From positions 13,963-77,962 of the forward strand of contig DAISWO010000002.1 of assembly GCA_036826295.1 (NCBI GenBank): a DNA stretch of 64,000 nucleotides, in the 5' to 3' direction. This document shows, in pieces, positions 58,645-64,000 of the stretch; positions within the stretch are counted from its first letter, which is position 1; each line of letters begins with the position of its first letter. The position numbers were made by a program, and so were the translations under genes. This DNA comes from Candidatus Saccharimonadota bacterium. Its GTDB lineage: Bacteria; Patescibacteriota; Saccharimonadia; Saccharimonadales; JAGQNJ01. The notes beneath the pieces were generated by a model. It did not search any database, was not told the DNA's origin, and saw only the letters and a program-made list of their open reading frames with translations.

Positions 58645-59280
58645 ATGCAAGCCGCAACTTTTACTAAGACTGGTTCTAAAGCGAGCTCAAGCGTAACTCT
58701 TAGTAAAGAGGTATTCGGTTTAGAAGTTAAATCTACAGATCTACTTAAAAAAGCTTATCTAGCAAACCAAGCTAAGGGTCGAAACACACCTGCTGTGACA
58801 AAACTACGTGGTGAAGTACGTGGTGGTGGTCGCAAACCATGGAGACAAAAAGGTACAGGAAATGCCCGAGTTGGTTCTATCCGCAGTCCATTATGGCGTG
58901 GCGGTGGTATAACTTTCGGTCCAACAGGAAACGAAAATCATGAAATTAGAATGTCTAAAACCGAAAAACGCATTGCAACAAAACAAGCTTTGAGTCTAAA
59001 GACAAAAGATATTTATGTGATTGACGGTTTTGACGTTAAAGATAAACCAATGACTAACAAAGTAGCTAAAGTATTAGCTAAAATCGCTCCAAATCAAAAA
59101 ATCCTCGTAGTTATTGATAAAACTGATGAAATAATGAGCAAAACAGTCCGAAATATCGAGAAAGTAAGATTGATAACAGCCAACTCACTTTGCGTAGCAA
59201 ACGTACTTGATGCTGACAAAATTCTAGTAACTAAAGACGCTCTTGCGGTAGTATCAGCCAACTTAGGAGCTAAAAAATGA
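58645..59280 (+). CDS. rplD: 50S ribosomal protein L4
   Basis: GGGRKPWRQKGTGNAR motif. ATG at 58645 is preferred over the track start at 58582. Confidence 0.93.
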   Translation: MQAATFTKTGSKASSSVTLSKEVFGLEVKSTDLLKKAYLANQAKGRNTPAVTKLRGEVRGGGRKPWRQKGTGNARVGSIRSPLWRGGGITFGPTGNENHEIRMSKTEKRIATKQALSLKTKDIYVIDGFDVKDKPMTNKVAKVLAKIAPNQKILVVIDKTDEIMSKTVRNIEKVRLITANSLCVANVLDADKILVTKDALAVVSANLGAKK

Positions 59281-59777
59281 GTGCAGCTAGCGCAAAAACA
59301 GCTACTACTGTGAAGAAAACTGCAAAAATAAATGCAGGTCCAGGCATGTTGATGGCATTAAAACCACGAATTAGCGAAAAATCATACGCTTCCGCCGACA
59401 AAGAAAACGTGTATATTTTTGAAGTTCCAAAATCAGCTAACAAACAAACTATTACTCTAGCGGTTGAGACACAATTTTCAGTTAAAGTTACTGATGTTCG
59501 AACAGTAAATGTTGTCGGTAAACCAAAACGAGCAGTGCGAAAACGACAAAGACCAGCCAGTGGTAAGCGAAAAGACATCAAAAAAGCCTACGTGGCCTTG
59601 ATTGATGGCGATAGTATAAATATTTTCGGTGGTGACGACAAAAAAACTAAGTCAAAAAACTCAGAGAAGCCAGCAAAAGAGGCTAAAGCAACCGAAACAG
59701 TCCAGAAAAAATCTGGCCTAAGGGGTGCATTCAATCGTGGTCCACGCCACACTCAAGACAAAGGAGGGGGCAAGTAA
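59277..59777 (+). CDS. rplW: 50S ribosomal protein L23 with N- and C-terminal extensions
   Basis: L23 core (ISEKSY...YIFEV...K) flanked by K/A/T-rich tails. ATGA overlap with rplD. Confidence 0.88.
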   Translation: MSAASAKTATTVKKTAKINAGPGMLMALKPRISEKSYASADKENVYIFEVPKSANKQTITLAVETQFSVKVTDVRTVNVVGKPKRAVRKRQRPASGKRKDIKKAYVALIDGDSINIFGGDDKKTKSKNSEKPAKEAKATETVQKKSGLRGAFNRGPRHTQDKGGGK

Positions 59778-60631
59778 TGGCTATAAAGTACTACAAACCA
59801 ACGACTCCAGCACGTCGAGGCATGACTAACCGCGACTTTACTCAAGTTACAACCAAAAAACCTCTCAAATCTTTAACGACAATCAAGACTAGAACTAATG
59901 GCCGTAACAATAGCGGACGAATAACTGTCAGGCACAGAGGCGGTGGAGCTAAGCGATTCTATAGGACTATCAATTTCAAACTACTTCCGGGAACGGTTGC
60001 AGTAGTTGAAGCTATAGAATACGACCCCAATAGAACAGCACACATCGCCAGAATCAAAGATAATGAAGGCAAATATCATTACATAATCGCCCCAACAGGC
60101 GTTAAAGTCGGTACAAAAATCGAGAGCGGTGAAGAAGTACCTATCGAAAAAGGAAACCGCCTAACACTTAAAAATATTCCAATCGGTAGTAGCATCCATA
60201 ATATCGAGCTAGTACCAGGACAAGGAGCAAAGCTAGTACGTTCTGCTGGTGCTTCAGCCCAGCTAGCAGCTAGAGAAGGCGAATACGCACAAATAAAACT
60301 CCCTAGCGGCGAAGTACGTCTGATCAACATAAAATGTAGTGCTAGCCTTGGTAGTGTAGGGAATATCTCACACCAAAACGTTAAATACGGTTCTGCTGGT
60401 AGAAAACGACACATGGGCTTTAGACCGTCTGTTAGAGGCGTTGTTATGAACGCCGTAGATCACCCACACGGTGGTGGTGACGGCGGTAGACACGGAATTG
60501 GTGGTGGTAAAAACCACGGTTCTGCACCACGAACACCTTGGGGCCAAAAAACACTTGGATATAAGACTCGTCGACGAAAAATTAGTAATAAATTTATTGT
60601 CCGTTCACGACATGAAAGTAAGAGGAGATAG
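59777..60631 (+). CDS. rplB: 50S ribosomal protein L2
   Basis: Conserved L2 sequence (GRNNSGRITVRHRGGG, HPHGGGDG). Confidence 0.97.
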   Translation: MAIKYYKPTTPARRGMTNRDFTQVTTKKPLKSLTTIKTRTNGRNNSGRITVRHRGGGAKRFYRTINFKLLPGTVAVVEAIEYDPNRTAHIARIKDNEGKYHYIIAPTGVKVGTKIESGEEVPIEKGNRLTLKNIPIGSSIHNIELVPGQGAKLVRSAGASAQLAAREGEYAQIKLPSGEVRLINIKCSASLGSVGNISHQNVKYGSAGRKRHMGFRPSVRGVVMNAVDHPHGGGDGGRHGIGGGKNHGSAPRTPWGQKTLGYKTRRRKISNKFIVRSRHESKRR

Positions 60632-60635
60632 TAAT

Positions 60636-60971
60636 ATGCCGTTAATTGAAGCATTAGAAGACAGTGGAGATGTAACTGGAATGACCATGAAAATTGCCCG
60701 GACACCTGAGTTTACGGAAGCAGTTGGGTCAGCTGAAGCTAATCCGATGTATGAAAGGGAATTTCGCGACGCTTTTAAAGGCATCGGGGATCGCGTAGTG
60801 AGAGAGTTATTCGAAGTTCTACCCGAAGGCCTAAGGTATACTGATGAAATCTTGGTTCACGCTGTATCAATTGCTAATCAGCAGCCACCGATTCTGCTTC
60901 CAGCATCAATGCACTATTTAAATGGCGCTACCACGGCAGCAGATCTACTAGGCACAGGAGCAATGGTATGA
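60636..60971 (+). CDS. hypothetical acidic protein, 111 aa, inserted between rplB and rpsS
   Basis: GAGGAG lies 8 nt upstream of the ATG at 60636. The stop overlaps the rpsS start (ATGA at 60968-60971). The track start at 60471 would overlap rplB. Confidence 0.55.
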   Translation: MPLIEALEDSGDVTGMTMKIARTPEFTEAVGSAEANPMYEREFRDAFKGIGDRVVRELFEVLPEGLRYTDEILVHAVSIANQQPPILLPASMHYLNGATTAADLLGTGAMV

Positions 60972-61243
60972 GTCGATCACTTAAAAAAGGACCATATATA
61001 GACTTCAAGCTCGCTAAAAAAGTTGAGGCTCTAGCTAAAGAGGACCGAACAATTATCAAAACTTGGGCAAGGTCTTGTACTATACCACCTGAATTCGTTG
61101 GACGAACAATCGCTGTTCATAACGGCAAAGTTCACGTACCTGTTTTTGTATCCGAAAACATGGTTGGCCATAAACTAGGTGAATTTTCTCCAACACGAAA
61201 ATTCCGCTCACATGGCGGTAAACTCGCGAAAGGTCAGAAGTAA
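60968..61243 (+). CDS. rpsS: 30S ribosomal protein S19
   Basis: SRSLKKGPY...HNGK conserved sequence. Confidence 0.97.
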   Translation: MSRSLKKGPYIDFKLAKKVEALAKEDRTIIKTWARSCTIPPEFVGRTIAVHNGKVHVPVFVSENMVGHKLGEFSPTRKFRSHGGKLAKGQK

Positions 61244-61635
61244 TGAGTGTTAAAGCTATAGCTAAAGGCGTCCAGATTAGCCCACGAAAAGTTGAAGTGG
61301 TAGCAGATTTGGTCCGCAACCAATCCGTTAAAAACGCTTTGACGATTCTAGAACATACACCTCGCCGTAGCGCAGTTGCAGTACAAAGCGTAATCAAATC
61401 TGCAAAGGCTAATGCTGAAAATAATCATAATTACAAGCCTGACACCCTGACGATTACAGAAATCTTCGTAACATGTGGCCCGAGAATGAAGAGATTTAGA
61501 CCTGCAGCACGTGGCCGAGCATTGCCATTCCAGAAAAAATCTTCTCATATTCGCGTAGTAGTAGACGGTGAAAAAAGAGTAGCAAAGAAGAAGGCTGAAT
61601 CAGAAGCAACAAGTGCCAAAAAGGAGGCTAAGTAA
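61243..61635 (+). CDS. rplV: 50S ribosomal protein L22
   Basis: Conserved L22 core. TAATG overlap with rpsS. Confidence 0.95.
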   Translation: MSVKAIAKGVQISPRKVEVVADLVRNQSVKNALTILEHTPRRSAVAVQSVIKSAKANAENNHNYKPDTLTITEIFVTCGPRMKRFRPAARGRALPFQKKSSHIRVVVDGEKRVAKKKAESEATSAKKEAK

Positions 61636-61636
61636 C

Positions 61637-62266
61637 ATGGGTCAAAAAGTAAATCCAATTAGCATGCGACTTCAAGCCAACAAAGATTGGCGTAGCAAAT
61701 GGTTTGCTAACAAGCGCGAATATCCAAAGTACTTAAAACAAGATCTTGATGTTCGACAATTGATTATCACCAAGCTTGGTACTCGGGCCTCAATTAACAA
61801 AGTTGATATCGAACGCTCACCAAATCTAGTAACAGTAACAATTGTTACTGCTAAAGCCGGTGTTGTGATCGGTCGTGGCGGAACAGGTGCAACAGAACTA
61901 AAAACAGCAATCGAGAAAATCTACGGCGTCCCAACTAGAGTAAATATCGAAGAAATCAAAAAACCAGAACTTTACGCAAAACTAGTTGCCGAGAACATCG
62001 CCTTCCAATTACAACGACGTATTTCATTCAGACGAGCTATCAAAATGGCTGCACAAAACACTATGCGCTCAGGCGCTAAAGGTATTAGGATCCAAGTATC
62101 TGGACGACTAAATGGTGCAGAGATGGCCAGACGAGAAAAAGAAATCCTCGGTAGCGTGCCACTACACACAATCCGAGCCGATATTGACTACGCATACGTA
62201 CCAGCACAAACCCCAGCTGGTGTCATTGGAATTAAAGTTTGGATTTATAAAGGAGAGGTAGCTTAG
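61637..62266 (+). CDS. rpsC: 30S ribosomal protein S3
   Basis: [13 protein letters not shown]-terminus with AAGGAGG upstream. The track start at 61613 is rejected. Confidence 0.96.
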   Translation: MGQKVNPISMRLQANKDWRSKWFANKREYPKYLKQDLDVRQLIITKLGTRASINKVDIERSPNLVTVTIVTAKAGVVIGRGGTGATELKTAIEKIYGVPTRVNIEEIKKPELYAKLVAENIAFQLQRRISFRRAIKMAAQNTMRSGAKGIRIQVSGRLNGAEMARREKEILGSVPLHTIRADIDYAYVPAQTPAGVIGIKVWIYKGEVA

Positions 62267-62268
62267 TC

Positions 62269-62688
62269 ATGTTAATGCCTAAACGGTCAAAGTTTAGAAA
62301 AGCCCGAAAAGGCCGCATCACTGGAGTAGCAACCAGAGGTAATACTATTGCTTTTGGTACATACGCACTTCAAGCACAGAGTATTGACCGAATTACTTCA
62401 AGACAAATCGAGGCCGCCAGACAAGCTATGACAAGATACGTAAAACGTGGTGGAAAAATTTGGATTAGAATCTTCCCTCACACCCCAGTTACAAGAAAGC
62501 CTCAGGATGTGAAAATGGGTAGCGGAAAAGGAAACCCAGAATTTTTTGTAGCAAAGGTACGGCCAGGAACAATTTTGTTTGAAATGCAGGGTGTTGAAGA
62601 AGAAATTGCTCGCGAAGCAATGAGGCTTGCAAGCCACAAACTACCCGTTAAAACCAAGTTTTTGGTTAGAGAGGACGGATCGCAATGA
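62269..62688 (+). CDS. rplP: 50S ribosomal protein L16
   Basis: [12 protein letters not shown]-terminus and a conserved core. Confidence 0.96.
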   Translation: MLMPKRSKFRKARKGRITGVATRGNTIAFGTYALQAQSIDRITSRQIEAARQAMTRYVKRGGKIWIRIFPHTPVTRKPQDVKMGSGKGNPEFFVAKVRPGTILFEMQGVEEEIAREAMRLASHKLPVKTKFLVREDGSQ

Positions 62689-62885
62689 AATTAGCTGAAA
62701 TCCGAAAACTACCCACAAAGAGCTTGACTGAACAATCAACGAAGATTCGAGAAGAGATTGCTGATATGAGACGTCAGTACGCACTGGGAGAAATCCAGAA
62801 CACCAGAGGAATAAGAAATAAACGAAAAGAACTAGCTAGGATACTCACAGTACTGAGCGAAGAACTAGTGAAGGAGACAAAATAA
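62685..62885 (+). CDS. rpmC: 50S ribosomal protein L29
   Basis: Size, position and helical K/E-rich sequence. ATGA overlap with rplP. Confidence 0.9.
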   Translation: MKLAEIRKLPTKSLTEQSTKIREEIADMRRQYALGEIQNTRGIRNKRKELARILTVLSEELVKETK

Positions 62886-62986
62886 TGTTTAAAAGGGAAA
62901 AGAGCAGCCAAAGAATGAATTCATTTCATTCATTGCGCGTTGAGAAAAACCGCAGGTTTGTCTTTAAGGCCGGAGGCGTAAAGTAA
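62885..62986 (+). CDS. candidate 33-aa highly basic micro-protein ([33 protein letters not shown])
   Basis: It exactly fills the rpmC-rpsQ gap, with TAATG overlaps at both ends and AAGGAG 8 nt upstream. Not in the ORF track. Confidence 0.45.
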   Translation: MFKREKSSQRMNSFHSLRVEKNRRFVFKAGGVK

Positions 62987-63264
62987 TGGCAAAACAATTT
63001 ACAGGCATAGTAACGAGCGATAAAGCTGACAAAACCATTGTTGTTACTATTTCATTTAAGAAAACTCATCCAATTTATCGAAAACAGTTTACTGAGACCA
63101 ATAAAATTATGGCTCATGATGAAAAAAATGAAGCAAAAATTGGCGATAAAGTATCGATTTCTGAGACAAGGCCAATCAGCTCACGAAAATCATTCAAGCT
63201 AGATAAAGTTATCGAGCGTCCAGTACTGCAAATGACCAGCGAAGACAAAGGGGACGTCAAGTGA
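62986..63264 (+). CDS. rpsQ: 30S ribosomal protein S17
   Basis: Conserved S17 sequence with GGAGG 9 nt upstream. Confidence 0.95.
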   Translation: MAKQFTGIVTSDKADKTIVVTISFKKTHPIYRKQFTETNKIMAHDEKNEAKIGDKVSISETRPISSRKSFKLDKVIERPVLQMTSEDKGDVK

Positions 63265-63629
63265 TACAACAAGAATCACGATTAGTAGTATGCGACAACA
63301 GCGGCGCAAAAGAGATTCTCTGCATTAGAGTTCTTGGTGGAAGCCGAAAACGTTATGCCCGCGTTGGCGACGTTATTGTTGCTACCGTTAAAGAAGCAAG
63401 CCCATCTGGAAACGTTAAGAAAAAATCTGTCATTAGAGCGGTAGTTGTTAGGACTAAATACGTAATCAATCGTAAAGACGGATCCTCTATTAAGTTCGAC
63501 GATAATGCAGCGATAATTATTGGTGACGATAAATTGCCTAAAGCAACCAGAATTTTTGGGCCAGTACCAAGAGAACTGCGTGAAATGGGCTACAGTAAAA
63601 TTGTTTCCCTAGCGCCGGAGGTACTGTAA
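63261..63629 (+). CDS. rplN: 50S ribosomal protein L14
   Basis: [18 protein letters not shown]-terminus. GTG start overlapping rpsQ (GTGA). Confidence 0.97.
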   Translation: MIQQESRLVVCDNSGAKEILCIRVLGGSRKRYARVGDVIVATVKEASPSGNVKKKSVIRAVVVRTKYVINRKDGSSIKFDDNAAIIIGDDKLPKATRIFGPVPRELREMGYSKIVSLAPEVL

Positions 63630-63898
63630 TGTCAGAACAAGTATTTAAGATCAAATTGAAAGTTAACGACAAAGTCGAAGTAATTTCTGGTAAATATAAG
63701 GGAAAGACAGGAAAAGTCACAAAAACACATCCTAAGTTAAATAAAGTTACAGTTGAAGGCATAAATATAGTTAAAAAACACCAGAAGCCAAATAAAAAGT
63801 TTCCACAAGGTGGAATTATTGAACTTACTCAGCCAATCTGGGTATCTAAGGTTAAGCTGTCTTCTAAACCTGCTGCAAGCAAGGGAGGCAAAAAATGA
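63629..63898 (+). CDS. rplX: 50S ribosomal protein L24
   Basis: KOW motif ([16 protein letters not shown]). TAATG overlap with rplN. Confidence 0.93.
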   Translation: MSEQVFKIKLKVNDKVEVISGKYKGKTGKVTKTHPKLNKVTVEGINIVKKHQKPNKKFPQGGIIELTQPIWVSKVKLSSKPAASKGGKK

Positions 63899-64000
63899 CC
63901 GATACTAAAACTACCGTTAAAATGCCTGTCCGACTGAAAGTAATGTACCAAACTGAAATCCGAAAACAGCTTAAAGAAGAACTAAAGCTTGCGAATATCA
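63895..64000 (+). CDS. rplE: 50S ribosomal protein L5, N-terminal fragment (runs off window)
   Basis: The ATG overlaps the rplX stop (ATGA). [18 protein letters not shown] resembles the L5 N-terminus. Confidence 0.85.
   Translation, partial: MTDTKTTVKMPVRLKVMYQTEIRKQLKEELKLANI

Noticed and set aside
60471-60635. Track start at 60471 for the ORF between rplB and rpsS (166 aa)
   Set aside because: The first 55 codons would overlap the conserved rplB 3' end in another frame. An internal ATG at 60636 with GAGGAG 8 nt upstream is a far better start.
1-64000. Alternative genetic code (UGA recoding), as in some candidate phyla
   Set aside because: TGA terminates many well-conserved genes at their expected ends (for example gatA, gatB, rnhB and rplX). 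No conserved gene shows in-frame TGA, so the standard code fits.
1-64000. Mobile elements, prophage, defence islands or a replication origin
   Set aside because: I found no integrase, transposase, recombinase or Cas motifs, no restriction-modification or toxin domains, no terminal inverted or direct repeats flanking a gene block, and no DnaA-box cluster. The tRNA-Leu is not followed by integrase-like sequence.

Overview
This 64-kb window is almost entirely housekeeping and is biased to the + strand. It comes from a small, moderately AT-rich bacterial genome that uses the standard genetic code: TGA ends many conserved genes. Recognisable content includes uvrB, gatC-gatA-X-gatB-galU, dnaE, a PilB/GspE-type ATPase, malic enzyme, rplS, rnhB, yraN, pepN, nusA, clpC, radA, a class A PBP, recG, rsmD, one tRNA-Leu(UAG), hisS, tig and clpP. 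The window ends with a contiguous rpoB-rpoC-rpsL-rpsG-fusA-tuf-S10/spc ribosomal super-operon that runs off the 3' edge at rplE. Ribosomal proteins with charged extensions, many orphan ORFs and the reduced gene set suggest a Patescibacteria/CPR (Saccharibacteria-like) organism, but this is inference only. I saw no rRNA, CRISPR array, transposase, integrase or prophage signal, and no obvious multi-gene defence-type island. The observations most worth a second look are these. (1) Near-consensus CIRCE operators overlap the -35 boxes of both the clpC and clpP promoters. (2) The 400-nt nusA-clpC spacer carries twin palindromes and a possible minus-strand micro-gene with promoter, SD, a 15-codon hydrophobic ORF and a terminator. 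(3) A promoter, structured leader and terminator element precedes a LOG-like-hisS operon. (4) Orphan ORFs are wedged, with strong SD sites or stop/start overlaps, into normally invariant junctions: gatA|gatB, rpsG|fusA, rpsJ|rplC, rplB|rpsS and rpmC|rpsQ. The last of these is a 33-codon highly basic micro-ORF absent from the supplied ORF track. (5) A truncated dikinase-like protein lies directly upstream of malic enzyme. (6) A recurrent -10 box sits 6-9 nt upstream of start codons, implying leaderless mRNAs at operon heads. All functional ideas for the orphans are hypotheses that need database or structure searches I cannot run.
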